A stretch of DNA of 64,000 bases. Origin: an uncultured Melioribacter sp. GTDB lineage: Bacteria > Bacteroidota > Ignavibacteria > Ignavibacteriales > Melioribacteraceae. Below, in pieces: positions 36,612 through 46,819 of the stretch. Positions within the stretch are counted from its first letter, which is position 1. Each line of letters opens with the position of its first letter. The notes beneath the pieces were generated by a model. That model was given only the letters and a program-made list of their open reading frames with translations, made no database searches and was not told where the DNA came from. The DNA lies in assembly GCA_964570865.1 (NCBI GenBank), contig CAZMZM010000006.1, positions 196-64,195 of the forward strand. The letters run 5' to 3'. The position numbers were made by a program, and so were the translations under genes.

Positions 36612-37067
36612 TTATTTTGACTCAACTAAAATTGTTACGGGACCGTCATTGATTATTTCAACTTCCATCATTGCTCCGAAGATTCCGGTTTTAACCTTTT
36701 CTTCGCCAATATTATGTTTCATTCGCCGAACAAATTCATTGTAAAGTTTTTCGGCTTTTTCAGGCTGAGCTGCATTCATAAAATTAGGGCGGTTTCCTTT
36801 GCGGGCATCTCCATATAATGTAAACTGCGAAATCACTAACACTTCACCCTCAACATCTTTTACCGATAAATTCATCTTCATACCGGAATCGTTAAAAATA
36901 CGAAGATTAGAACATTTATCGGCGACAAAGTTTACGTCCGATAATTCATCTTTGTGAGTAACTCCAAACAATATTACAAGCCCGTTCCCGATTTCCTTAA
37001 AATAGTCCGTTGCATTTTCATGAACTGTTACGCTACCCCGCTTAACCCTTTGTACTAAAGCCCTCAT
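36612..37067 (-). CDS. dtd: D-aminoacyl-tRNA deacylase
   Basis: 151 aa with 'MRALVQRV', 'SQFTLYGD' and 'GNRPNF'. Confidence 0.92.
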   Translation of the reverse strand: MRALVQRVKRGSVTVHENATDYFKEIGNGLVILFGVTHKDELSDVNFVADKCSNLRIFNDSGMKMNLSVKDVEGEVLVISQFTLYGDARKGNRPNFMNAAQPEKAEKLYNEFVRRMKHNIGEEKVKTGIFGAMMEVEIINDGPVTILVESK

Positions 37068-37921
37068 TCTCTTTCTCCTCTTACAATTCTATCTATTCCG
37101 GCCAAATCCTTTGTAACCTCAATATTTTTCAATCCGGCATTTTTCAGTAAATCAACTATCTTTTCCGCTTCGGAATGACCGATTTCCAAATAGAGCTTCC
37201 CTTTCGGAAGAAGAATCAATTCAGCCAATTCAGCAATTCTGCGATAAAAATTAAATCCGTCTCCGTTATCTGTTACTGCGGATTTAGGTTCAAAGTCTTT
37301 AACTTCAGAATCCAAAGTATTAAACTCTTCAAGCGAAACATAAGGCGGGTTTGAAACTACAATATTGTAACCGGAAAATCTTTTGGGGAAATCATCTTCG
37401 AAAATATCCGCTTGCTCAAAATGAATAATATCTTCGTTTAAAATTTCATGACTATTGTTTCGGGCAACCTCCAACGCTTCATTTGAAATATCGACAGCTG
37501 TTATTTCCGCAGTAGGAATTTCTTTTTTCAGAATAACAGGAATAATACCACTGCCGGTTCCAATGTCGAGTATTGAAATCAAATCGGGTGATAAATTTTC
37601 TTTGACAATCTTCTCAACAAGCAACTCTGTTTCAGGACGCGGAATAAGAACATTGTGGTTTACTGAAAATCTCTCCCCGTAAAACTCGGCGTAACCTAAA
37701 ATATACTGAAGCGGTTCGTGCTCGCCTCTTCTTTTCAAATACTCTCGGTATTTTATTTTTTCTTTTTCGGAAAGAGGTTTTTCATATGAAAGATAAAGTT
37801 CGAGCCGCTTCATTTTAAGAATATCGGCAAGCAGAAGTTCCGCATTTAAGCGCGCTTCCTTTACTCCTTTTTCTTCCAAATATTTTTTGGAAAGCTCTAT
37901 TGCCTGTAAAACCGTTAACAT
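37064..37921 (-). CDS. prmC: Release-factor glutamine N5-methyltransferase
   Basis: 285 aa with 'DIGTGSG', 'NPPY' and 'EP..AL'. It overlaps dtd by 4 nt. Confidence 0.85.
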   Translation of the reverse strand: MLTVLQAIELSKKYLEEKGVKEARLNAELLLADILKMKRLELYLSYEKPLSEKEKIKYREYLKRRGEHEPLQYILGYAEFYGERFSVNHNVLIPRPETELLVEKIVKENLSPDLISILDIGTGSGIIPVILKKEIPTAEITAVDISNEALEVARNNSHEILNEDIIHFEQADIFEDDFPKRFSGYNIVVSNPPYVSLEEFNTLDSEVKDFEPKSAVTDNGDGFNFYRRIAELAELILLPKGKLYLEIGHSEAEKIVDLLKNAGLKNIEVTKDLAGIDRIVRGERE

Positions 37922-37927
37922 AATTTT

Positions 37928-38305
37928 TTAATATTTTGTTTCCGAAGTAACCGAACCGTCCAAGCTGAAAACCCGCTTAAAAAGTAAATGTCCGTTCCTG
38001 TAAAATTCCTCCCGCATTATTCTTCCCCCTTCATAATAATATTTTGCCAAACCATCCAAAACACCATCCTTATAATTTTCTTTCGATTTTATCGTACCGT
38101 TTTCGTAAAAAAGTGTGGAGATTCCATTCAGTTTTCCGTTTTTATAGATTAGCTCTCCTTTTACTCTGCCGCTCGGGTATTTGTGGATTACACGCTTTGC
38201 CGCACCACCGGACTCGAAATTATTTTCACGGCGTTTCAGCGCGGCAGGATTAAGTATAACTTTCACAAAATCCTTTACTCTTTTCCCGACAGAATAAAAA
38301 ATCAT
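37928..38305 (-). CDS. MORN-variant repeat protein (YwqK-like)
   Basis: 125 aa with repeated 'Y.NG...G....Y[YF]E[NG]G' units. Confidence 0.6.
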   Translation of the reverse strand: MIFYSVGKRVKDFVKVILNPAALKRRENNFESGGAAKRVIHKYPSGRVKGELIYKNGKLNGISTLFYENGTIKSKENYKDGVLDGLAKYYYEGGRIMREEFYRNGHLLFKRVFSLDGSVTSETKY

Positions 38306-38386
38306 AAGTTCTCGCTTTTACTCGCTTTAATATTGCGGATATTCAGTTTTAATTTAGCAAATATAGTTAAAAAGGATTTATCTTTT

Positions 38387-39367
38387 TTATTTATCTCGTC
38401 CGACTACAAAGTGCACAAGCTTTTTAAGCGAAGTTTTAGACGGCGTGTCGGGAAGTATATCCAACGCTGAGATTGCTTCATTGACGTAACGATTTGCAAC
38501 GTTTTGAGCATAATCAATTCCGCCGCTCTCCTTTACAAATTGGACAACTTGCTTAATCATAGCGGGATCTTTTCGTTTTCTTATTGCAATGAGAATTTTC
38601 TTTTTCTTGTCAGGTTCAGCCACCGACAAAGCGTGAATTAATGGTAAAGTAAGTTTTTTTTCTTTTATGTCCCCTCCGATTGTTTTACCGAACAACTTCG
38701 ACTTTCCCACAAAATCAAGAATATCGTCCTGTATCTGAAAAGCTATCCCGAGTTTGTTGCCGTAAGAATGAAGAGCGGAGATATATTCCTTATTATCGGA
38801 TGAACTTTCCGCTCCAATAATGGTACACGTTTCCAGCAACGATGCAGTTTTATCCTGTATTATTCTGAAGTAAGTTTCTTCGTTTATATTTAACCGTTTG
38901 GTTTTACTGATTTGTAGCAACTCACCTTCAGACATTCGTTTAACAGTAGTTGTAATCTGTTTAAGAAAACCGTAAGATTCGTTATCAACCGCTATCATCA
39001 ATCCGCGCGCCAGCAGATAATCTCCGATTAAAACTCCAACCTTGTTCTTCCAAATATTGTTTATTGAAGGTAATCCGCGTCTTTTCTGAGCTTCATCAAC
39101 TACGTCATCATGTACAAGAGTTGCGGTGTGAAGCAATTCTACTAACGTGGCGCCGATGTATGTCTGCTCAGTAATTTCCCCGAGCGCTTTTGCAGATAAC
39201 AAAACCAATATAGGGCGAATTTTTTTTCCCTTTTGCCTGATAATATACTTGGTTACGTAATCAACGATTTTAACGTCGGAACGCATTGTTGAGCTGAATT
39301 TACTATGAAAGATTTTCAACTCATTTTCTATTGGCTTTATTATTTCAGGTAATTTAACTGCTGTCAA
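38387..39367 (-). CDS. ispB: Long-chain polyprenyl diphosphate synthase (IspB-like)
   Basis: 326 aa with an apparent TTG start. First DDxxD is 'LVHDDVVDEA' and the second is 'FQIQDDILD'. Product chain length cannot be determined from sequence. Confidence 0.8.
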   Translation of the reverse strand: MTAVKLPEIIKPIENELKIFHSKFSSTMRSDVKIVDYVTKYIIRQKGKKIRPILVLLSAKALGEITEQTYIGATLVELLHTATLVHDDVVDEAQKRRGLPSINNIWKNKVGVLIGDYLLARGLMIAVDNESYGFLKQITTTVKRMSEGELLQISKTKRLNINEETYFRIIQDKTASLLETCTIIGAESSSDNKEYISALHSYGNKLGIAFQIQDDILDFVGKSKLFGKTIGGDIKEKKLTLPLIHALSVAEPDKKKKILIAIRKRKDPAMIKQVVQFVKESGGIDYAQNVANRYVNEAISALDILPDTPSKTSLKKLVHFVVGRDK

Positions 39368-39466
39368 CTAATAATACTTTTTATTTTTGAACCTCTAAAA
39401 TAGGAAGAAATTTTAACATTTTTCAAAAAGTGTTTTAATTAGAGTATGGAAATATCCCCGTGGAGA

Positions 39467-41383
39467 TTAAGCCTTACTTACAAAAGTAGCCTCGGGATGT
39501 AACTTTTTTAATCTAATCTGATAAATTGCCAAAAGAACAAATCCTATCATACCTCCTCCCCAAGCATAATAATGAGGGACAAATAAAGCAAATCCAATAA
39601 CAGCTGTTAATATTCTTATCACAATACCTGATTTATTGAAAAAGTAACCCGTGAACATTGCGGCAAACGAGTAAAGTCCGAATAATCCGAAAATAAAAAT
39701 ATCCAGTTTATCAATAAATGACCCGGTAATTAAATCTGTATATGCAAATAATAGAGGCATTATATACAAACCTTTTGCTAGTTTCCACGCTTCAAATCCC
39801 GTCCGCATAGGTTTGGAACCGGCAATACCGGCAGCTGCAAATGCGGCTAGACAAACCGGAGGAGTAACATTCGAATCCTGCGAAACCCAAAATATTATCA
39901 TGTGAGCCGCAAGTAAGGCAACTCCCATTGTATGAAGCGCCGGAACGGCAATAATAGCCAGCATTATATATGCCGCCGTTACCGGCAATCCCATTCCGAG
40001 CAACAATGAGGCTAAGGTAATTAATATTAAAGCGATTAATAAATTACCGGCGGAAAGCTGAACAATTATTTGTGAAAACGTGATTGCAATTCCTGTAATG
40101 GAGATACTACCTATAATTACTCCGACCGCTATCAAAAGCGTACCGGTCATAACCATATTTTTGGAGCCGAGTGCAAGTGAATCAATAATATCCCAAAACT
40201 TCATTTTATGGTGTACGCTCAAATATGAAGATAAGACGATAGCAATAATCGACCAGCCCGCAGCGTAAGTGGGAGAAAATCCTACAACCAACAACCAAAT
40301 AAGAACAATTATCGGGACAAAAAAATGAAGTCCTTCACGAAGGACTTGATACAAAGTCATTGTATTTTCTTGTTCAACCGGTTTGATGTTTAATTTTTTT
40401 GCAGTTTGATAGACAAAAAATCCGACTGTTGCAAAGTACATTACTGCCGGAAGAAATGCGACTGCAATTATAGTCAGATACGGAACTTGAGTCCATTCTG
40501 CCATAATAAATGCACCTGCTCCCATAATCGGAGGCATTATTTGTCCGCCTGTAGATGCAGCCGTTTCTACAGCAGCTGCAAACTCCGGTTTAAACCCTGC
40601 CTTCTTCATCATTGGAATTGTGATTGAACCGGTTGAGACTGTATTGGCAATTGCGCTTCCTGAAATTGTACCCATCAACGCCGAAGATGCTACGGCAACA
40701 ATAGCAGGTCCTCCGGTAACATTTTTAGTAATTATTTGTGCAATATTTATGATAAAATCCCCTCCGCCCGACTTTAACAAAAATGCCGCAAACAGAATGA
40801 ACATAAAAACAAAAGTTGATGAAATTGAAGCGGTAATCCCGAAAAGTCCTTCATCGGTAAAAAACATTCTGTATAAAAAACGGGACAAGTGCATTCCTCT
40901 GAAATGGAATTGTCCGGGGATCCAATTACCCATAAAGAGTAAGTAAGTTGCAAAGAATATCGCAATCAGCGGAATAATAATTCCTGTAGTTCTCCTTGTC
41001 ATCTCAATTACAAGCAGAACTGCAATTCCTGCAGCAATTAAATCATAAAGATTTACTACTTCATTCCTATCATGAAGAGCATCTTCAAAAAATATAATAT
41101 AAAGAGCTGTTGAAAATAGAAGCATTCCGAGAAAAACATTTAAGATTTTTAGCGGTTTTGTCTCCTTTTTCTTCTTGAAAAAAGGAATTGTAAAATATCC
41201 GAGCATACCCAACAATCCCATATGAAGAGCATTTCTCCATAGTTCACTTACAACACCAAAAGTATTAACATAAACATGAAATAGCGCAATGACAACGGCG
41301 AGCCAATATACAACTCGCCGTCTGTCATAAACTATTTCGGTACTTTTTGCTTCCTCCAATATTACTTTCGCATCAACAGCCAT
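39467..41383 (-). CDS. TRAP transporter fused permease (TAXI-associated, DctQ/M-type)
   Basis: 638 aa, highly polytopic, and 15 nt downstream of a TAXI-type binding protein gene. Confidence 0.75.
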   Translation of the reverse strand: MAVDAKVILEEAKSTEIVYDRRRVVYWLAVVIALFHVYVNTFGVVSELWRNALHMGLLGMLGYFTIPFFKKKKETKPLKILNVFLGMLLFSTALYIIFFEDALHDRNEVVNLYDLIAAGIAVLLVIEMTRRTTGIIIPLIAIFFATYLLFMGNWIPGQFHFRGMHLSRFLYRMFFTDEGLFGITASISSTFVFMFILFAAFLLKSGGGDFIINIAQIITKNVTGGPAIVAVASSALMGTISGSAIANTVSTGSITIPMMKKAGFKPEFAAAVETAASTGGQIMPPIMGAGAFIMAEWTQVPYLTIIAVAFLPAVMYFATVGFFVYQTAKKLNIKPVEQENTMTLYQVLREGLHFFVPIIVLIWLLVVGFSPTYAAGWSIIAIVLSSYLSVHHKMKFWDIIDSLALGSKNMVMTGTLLIAVGVIIGSISITGIAITFSQIIVQLSAGNLLIALILITLASLLLGMGLPVTAAYIMLAIIAVPALHTMGVALLAAHMIIFWVSQDSNVTPPVCLAAFAAAGIAGSKPMRTGFEAWKLAKGLYIMPLLFAYTDLITGSFIDKLDIFIFGLFGLYSFAAMFTGYFFNKSGIVIRILTAVIGFALFVPHYYAWGGGMIGFVLLAIYQIRLKKLHPEATFVSKA

Positions 41384-41398
41384 TACCGAACCTTAAAT

Positions 41399-42439
41399 TT
41401 ATTTTGCAATTAAGTTAGCAGGTACATTAATTCCATGATCTTTATAAAATTTTACTGCTCCCGGATGAAGAGGAATCGGCAATCCGTTAACAGCACGCTG
41501 CAATTTAATTGCATAGGTTGCTTTATGCATGTTGTGAAGGAAATCTAAATTTGCATAAATTGTCTCAAGAATTTTATATACATCTTCATCCGATAAATCG
41601 GGACGAACAGCTAAAAAGTTCGGTTGAGCAATTGTATGTATATCGGATTTCTGTCCCGGATAAGTGTTTGCTTTAATTACAAAACGACTCCAAACCGGAA
41701 AGTGTGAATCTATTTTATTTAGTTGTTCATCGGTAAATTCCAGCACTGAAATTTTATCTGCGCCAATTGTAGCAAATGCCTGAGTAATGGCAGATACCGG
41801 AGGGCCTGCAGGAATATTCATCCCTACTACTCTGTTATCCTGCATTGCAGTTGCGCTTGCGGAATATCCGAGATGTTCCAAACTAAAATCCTTATCAGGA
41901 TTAAATCCCAATGCCGTTAAAATTGTTTTACCGGATGTTTCGGTTCCCGAACCTCTTTTCCCGATCGAGAAACGTTTTCCTTCGATATTTTTCAAATCCA
42001 TAATATTTCCGGTTTTTGCATACTCCTTAAAAATCACAAAATGTTCAACATTTTCCCAAAGCATAGTTACCGAACGCATTTCCCTTTCAGGTTTCCCTTC
42101 GTATTTACCCTTTCCTTGCCAAGCCATAGAACCAAAAAGTCCCTGGAGAATTGCGAAATCTGTTTCATGATTTTTTAAAAGCTGTACATTCTCTCCCGAA
42201 CCGGCTGAAGTTATTGCGCTCATCGAAATACCTTCACCACCTAATTTATCGGTTACAAGCGTCGCAATTGCTACACCCACGGGATAATATGTTCCACCCG
42301 GAGAAGCCGTAGCAACTACATAAGAACGGCTATCACTGTTTGTACCGGTATCTTTAGCCGAGAGAGAATTTGTGAATGAAAATAGGATTATTCCCATCAC
42401 AAGTAATAGAGACAGTTTTTTTGTTAAATTTGTTTTCAT
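41399..42439 (-). CDS. TAXI-family TRAP transporter solute-binding protein
   Basis: 'TASPGGTYYPVGVAIA' is TAXI-receptor-like. The ORF-track start at 42493 is a TTG. I prefer the ATG at 42439 (MKTNLTKKLSLLLV signal peptide), which has AAGGAG 8 nt upstream. Confidence 0.75.
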   Translation of the reverse strand: MKTNLTKKLSLLLVMGIILFSFTNSLSAKDTGTNSDSRSYVVATASPGGTYYPVGVAIATLVTDKLGGEGISMSAITSAGSGENVQLLKNHETDFAILQGLFGSMAWQGKGKYEGKPEREMRSVTMLWENVEHFVIFKEYAKTGNIMDLKNIEGKRFSIGKRGSGTETSGKTILTALGFNPDKDFSLEHLGYSASATAMQDNRVVGMNIPAGPPVSAITQAFATIGADKISVLEFTDEQLNKIDSHFPVWSRFVIKANTYPGQKSDIHTIAQPNFLAVRPDLSDEDVYKILETIYANLDFLHNMHKATYAIKLQRAVNGLPIPLHPGAVKFYKDHGINVPANLIAK

Positions 42440-42525
42440 TTGGTTACTCCTTATAATTAGTTTATCGACATTTGAAACTAATTTATCATTCAAATTTTGT
42501 CAATTGGGGCATTACTGAAATTTTA

Positions 42526-42540
42526 TACGTGAATCACGTA
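42526..42540. promoter_or_regulatory. Perfect 15-bp palindrome TACGTGA-A-TCACGTA, a candidate operator upstream of the TRAP operon
   Basis: Read directly. It lies ~87 nt upstream of the preferred TAXI start and is flanked by an imperfect inverted repeat, TTGTCAATTG (42497-42506) and CAATTTGACAA (42545-42555). Confidence 0.45.
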
Positions 42541-43016
42541 CTTGCAATTTGACAATCTTGCTAAACAGGAACTACTATTTTGTAATGACTCAGACAAAAT
42601 CGGATTCTGTAAATTTACGGTAGTAAAAAAAGAGCACCAATGAGACAATTAATACATTACACAACAATTCCATCCCCTTGAAAAAAACTATTCAAATCCA
42701 AAGTTTACGGAAATATACGGATGAAGATATTAGGATTTACAGACTATGAAGGTTTATCAATAGAAGAAATATTATTAAAAAAATAACTTGTTCAGCGCGT
42801 TTCTTAAATAAAATAAAAATACTATTTACAAAAATTACATCCGTTTTGTACTTACTGTTATTCAATATTATCGCTCTCAGAAGAAACTATGAATAATCCC
42901 AAAGCAAAAGTATAATCCGGAATTGAGTAACTTGCACTTTTCGAATAAGTTTTCAATAGAAGTGATTACTAATAAGATTTTTTGTATTTTTTAAGATTAA
43001 AAATAAATGATTAATT

Positions 43017-44300
43017 ATGAATAAAGTTTTAGATATTAAATACGAAAAACATAAACTTTCCAACGGATTGGACGTAATTTTGTATAAGGATAATTCCCTT
43101 CCGATTGTTTCCGTAAATTTATGGTACAAAGTAGGCTCTTCAAATGAAGAAAAAGGGAAAACCGGTTTAGCTCATCTTTTTGAACACATGATGTTTCAAG
43201 GTTCGCAAAATGTTCCTAAAGAGATGCACTTTAAGTATATACAAGAAGCCGGCGGAACATTAAACGGCTCAACTTCATTTGATAGAACAAACTATTACGA
43301 AACTCTTCCTTCAAACGCTTTGGAGCTTGCTCTTTGGTTGGAATCAGACAGAATGGGATTTTTGCTTCCGACTCTCGATAACGAAAAGCTGGAAAATCAG
43401 CGCGAAGTGGTAATGAACGAACGCCGTCAACGTTACGACAATCAGCCCTACGGTCGTGCTTGGGAAATACTATTCTCATCTCTTTTTCCTGAAAATCATC
43501 CTTACCACTGGCCAACTATCGGCTGGATGGAAGATATTGAAAGCTACACTCTTGATGATGTAAAATCATTTTTCAAAAAGTATTATGCTCCGGATAATGC
43601 AAGTATTGTTATTGCCGGTGATATAGAATACAACGCAGCATTAGAATTAACTAAAAAATATTTCGGAGAGATAAAATCGGAAAAAACCGACCGCTCGGTT
43701 TTTGTACCTGATGTGGAACTTACTTCGATAAAGTATATTACACATGAGGATAACGTTCAATTTCCAAGATTATATTTAATGTGGAAAAGCGATAAACTCT
43801 ATGCCCCTGATGATGCAAAGTTGGATTTTCTTTCAAGCACGCTGAGCGGGACAAAAAACTCACGCCTCTACAAACGATTGGTTTTCGAAAAACAAATTGC
43901 TCTCGATGTTTTTGCTTTCCAATATTCCTCTCAAAAAGAGGGGGAATTTGTTATTTCCGCAACTGCTCGTCCCGGTGTTACGCTCGATACTTTAAAAGAA
44001 ATAATTTTAGACGAAATTGAAAAAATTGTTAAAGATGGAGTTTCAGGTTTTGAAATCGAACGTGCAAAAAACGCCCTCGTTTCGGACTACATTTATTCGT
44101 TGCAAAATCTAAGTTCTCTTGCAGACCAGTTGAATAATTACAATATGGTACTGAGCGAACCCAATTCATTTATTTGGGATTTAAACCGATACGATTCCAT
44201 TGGTGTTGAAGATGTTCAATACGCAGCAAATAAATATTTATCCAAATCATACGTTGAATTAAGAATAGTACCCAAAAATAATGAGGAGAAAAATGCTTAA
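43017..44300 (+). CDS. M16 (pitrilysin) family zinc peptidase, catalytic subunit
   Basis: 427 aa with the inverted zinc motif HxxEH in 'GLAHLFEHMMFQG' and a downstream 'NERR' region. Confidence 0.85.
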   Translation: MNKVLDIKYEKHKLSNGLDVILYKDNSLPIVSVNLWYKVGSSNEEKGKTGLAHLFEHMMFQGSQNVPKEMHFKYIQEAGGTLNGSTSFDRTNYYETLPSNALELALWLESDRMGFLLPTLDNEKLENQREVVMNERRQRYDNQPYGRAWEILFSSLFPENHPYHWPTIGWMEDIESYTLDDVKSFFKKYYAPDNASIVIAGDIEYNAALELTKKYFGEIKSEKTDRSVFVPDVELTSIKYITHEDNVQFPRLYLMWKSDKLYAPDDAKLDFLSSTLSGTKNSRLYKRLVFEKQIALDVFAFQYSSQKEGEFVISATARPGVTLDTLKEIILDEIEKIVKDGVSGFEIERAKNALVSDYIYSLQNLSSLADQLNNYNMVLSEPNSFIWDLNRYDSIGVEDVQYAANKYLSKSYVELRIVPKNNEEKNA

Positions 44301-45654
44301 CAGAAAAGATGCTCCCGTTATTAAAGATACAATTAATTTTACGCCTCCCCGTTTTTCAAAAACCGAATTAAAAATGGGAGCGCCGCTTTACTTTACCGAG
44401 AAAAACTCACTTCCGATAGTGTATGTTAATTTAATGTTTAATGTAGGAAGCATTAACGATCCCAAAGATAAACAAGGCTTAACCAATCTGCTTGCCGTTA
44501 CTATTGACGAAGGAGCAAATAATTACTCAGCATTAGAAATTGACGAGATGCTCGAATCACTTGGTACGCTGTTCAGCATATCAGTTGAGCCGGAATTTGT
44601 TTTCTTTTCTATGATGACTCTCAAAAATAATCTTAATAAATCGCTCGAAATTCTTTCTTGGATTTTACAAAAACCAAACTTTACCGAAAATGACTTCAAT
44701 AGAGAAAAAAACAGGATCTTAAGTGAAGTTCTTAGATTGAAAGATAGCCCTGCATTTGTTGCCGATTATGTGACAAACACTACAATTTTCAAAAATACTC
44801 CCTATGCTTATATTCATATGGGGAATAGTAAAACATTGCAGAACATCAATCTTGACGATGTAAAAAAACAGTACGAAAAATATATTTCTTCAAACAATCT
44901 GAAAGTGATAGCCGTAGGCAATATTACCCATGACGAATTCAAAAACGAATTTGAAAAACATTTCTTGAACTTCAATACGGATTTTAAAAAGCAACCCCGG
45001 AAATTTAAGTTGGCAAAAGAGCCTGCTCATTTTTATTTGGTAAACAAAATAGGAGCAACTCAAAGCGAAATCAGAATTGCAAATGTTGCAACCGACAGAT
45101 ACGCTCCTAACTTTTTTGGCAAGAAGCTTGTGAACTCAATTCTCGGCGGACAATTTTCAAGTCGTTTGAATCACAACTTAAGAGAAGAAAAAGGAATAAC
45201 CTACGGAGTGCATACCGCTTTCAGATATTCAAAACAAACAGGTATCTTTTGGGCATCGGCGGCAGTTGACAGTAAAAACACACTCCTTGCGATTAAGGAA
45301 TTCCAAAAAGAGTTTGATTTAATAAGGCGTGAGGTTTCCGATGAAGAAATAGCTTTTTCAAAATCATACTTACGCAGAATTTTCCCGCTTCAATTTTCAT
45401 CCTATTCTAAAATTTCATCTAACATTACAAATTTGGTAATGTTCAACTTACCAATCGATTATTACGATTTGTTTATCGAGGAGATGATGAAAACAAATCA
45501 CGATAAAATTTTAGAAGCCGCTCGGGAAAACATTCTGCCTGAAAATCAACAATTTATTATTGTCGGAGACGTTGATTCTTTTATGGATGAATTACTTGAG
45601 ATTGCAGATGAGAAATCGATTACCCGCTATGAGCTTGACGATTTAGATATTTAG
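44293..45654 (+). CDS. M16 family peptidase-like protein, non-catalytic (no HxxEH)
   Basis: Same fold pattern, but the equivalent site reads 'GLTNLLAVTIDEG'. The ATG at 44293 has AGGAG upstream; the ORF-track start at 44281 is also possible. It overlaps the upstream stop. Confidence 0.75.
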   Translation: MLNRKDAPVIKDTINFTPPRFSKTELKMGAPLYFTEKNSLPIVYVNLMFNVGSINDPKDKQGLTNLLAVTIDEGANNYSALEIDEMLESLGTLFSISVEPEFVFFSMMTLKNNLNKSLEILSWILQKPNFTENDFNREKNRILSEVLRLKDSPAFVADYVTNTTIFKNTPYAYIHMGNSKTLQNINLDDVKKQYEKYISSNNLKVIAVGNITHDEFKNEFEKHFLNFNTDFKKQPRKFKLAKEPAHFYLVNKIGATQSEIRIANVATDRYAPNFFGKKLVNSILGGQFSSRLNHNLREEKGITYGVHTAFRYSKQTGIFWASAAVDSKNTLLAIKEFQKEFDLIRREVSDEEIAFSKSYLRRIFPLQFSSYSKISSNITNLVMFNLPIDYYDLFIEEMMKTNHDKILEAARENILPENQQFIIVGDVDSFMDELLEIADEKSITRYELDDLDI

Positions 45655-46639
45655 AAAGAGATAAAAATCTTACTCCCCTTTTCCAAAGCCGGCTGCACAG
45701 CTCCCGGCTTTCCTTTAGCTGATTTTCTCCAATCAAAAAGATGTTATATTTATTATTTGTCAGAAAAATTTTAATGATTGATTCCATTTCAGATACGTCT
45801 TTCGATGTCAAATCTTTAAATGCGGAAATCGAAATCAATGATATATTGTAACTTTTTTTTAATTCGTCCTTGATAAAATTAAAGTTTATCGATTTATAAA
45901 AATCTGATTTCTTATCGTAAACGTAAGGCGTATTACGTCCGAATGATTTTACAATTCTATTTATTGCAACTTTAAGCACATATTTATCATTCGAATTAAG
46001 CAAATCAAAATGATTGTCTTCTATTTCCTCATCTAAAAAAATCGCAAATGAATGTTTATGCTTTTTCATCTTTGGTATAAACGAAAGAAGTTTGGAATCG
46101 GGACGGAGAAGAAACGTAACATGACTTACAAAATTAAGATCTTCGGGAAGTCTGTTTATACCGCTCTCCCTATCATCAACAACTAACGAAATAAACTGTT
46201 TCTCCCTTTTTAAGGAAAAATCCCGCTTAAAATAAGCTTCCACTACTATTTTGTTCCCCGAAAAAATCATAACGGAAGTTTTTCCTTTTTTAATTAAATC
46301 TTCGGCAACTACTTCTTCATTTTTTCCTTTAAAAGCATTTCGAAAATCTACAAGCAAAAAATCTTGTGTAACATCTCGTGGAAGTTTTATTTGAAAAATA
46401 TATCCTGAAACTGACTTAGCATCTCTAATTTTGAGTTTTCTAATCCATTCGTCTTTAATACTCCAGTCGTGCAGAACATTAATGAATTTTTGTTCAATAT
46501 TATGATTTTCCACTTCTGTTACGGATTTTTGAACAGCTTTTTTAGTTTGATGTTTTCCGTCAACCAACACGTTCACAACTAAAAGCAAAGCCGCCAATGC
46601 GAAAAGGAAATATATTATTTTAAGTTTTACTCTATTCAT
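45620..46639 (-). CDS. Membrane-anchored hypothetical protein
   Basis: The ORF-track start at 46678 is a TTG. The ATG at 46639 gives 'MNRVKLKIIYFLFALAALLLV', a TM anchor. There is only vague resemblance to YibQ-type divergent deacetylases. Its 3' end overlaps the convergent M16 gene by 35 nt. Confidence 0.5.
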   Translation of the reverse strand: MNRVKLKIIYFLFALAALLLVVNVLVDGKHQTKKAVQKSVTEVENHNIEQKFINVLHDWSIKDEWIRKLKIRDAKSVSGYIFQIKLPRDVTQDFLLVDFRNAFKGKNEEVVAEDLIKKGKTSVMIFSGNKIVVEAYFKRDFSLKREKQFISLVVDDRESGINRLPEDLNFVSHVTFLLRPDSKLLSFIPKMKKHKHSFAIFLDEEIEDNHFDLLNSNDKYVLKVAINRIVKSFGRNTPYVYDKKSDFYKSINFNFIKDELKKSYNISLISISAFKDLTSKDVSEMESIIKIFLTNNKYNIFLIGENQLKESRELCSRLWKRGVRFLSLSKYLNRQAHSG

Positions 46640-46819
46640 TTCAATATTAATGTAATTATTTTTTTTCGATATATTCAACTGTCTAGGCCAAGAACATTTC
46701 AGATATTAATGCTGCTCATTTCCAAACCGGCTCGACAAGTCGGGATTAATTTCTATTTATCACTTTCATTATTACCACTAACTCACCCATTGTTTTTTGC
46801 CAGTGTTATTTTTTGTCTA

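Noticed and set aside
45620-45654. 35-nt overlap of the convergent 3' ends of the M16-like gene and the 339/352-aa hypothetical gene
   Set aside because: It is real in the sequence but has no evident functional meaning. It may simply reflect a poorly conserved C-terminal extension of the hypothetical ORF.
46728-46745. Short hairpin (CCGGC-N7-GTCGG) downstream of the TonB receptor as a terminator
   Set aside because: The stem is only 5 bp with a G-U pair, and the U-tract is weak (TTTGGAAAT). Not convincing.
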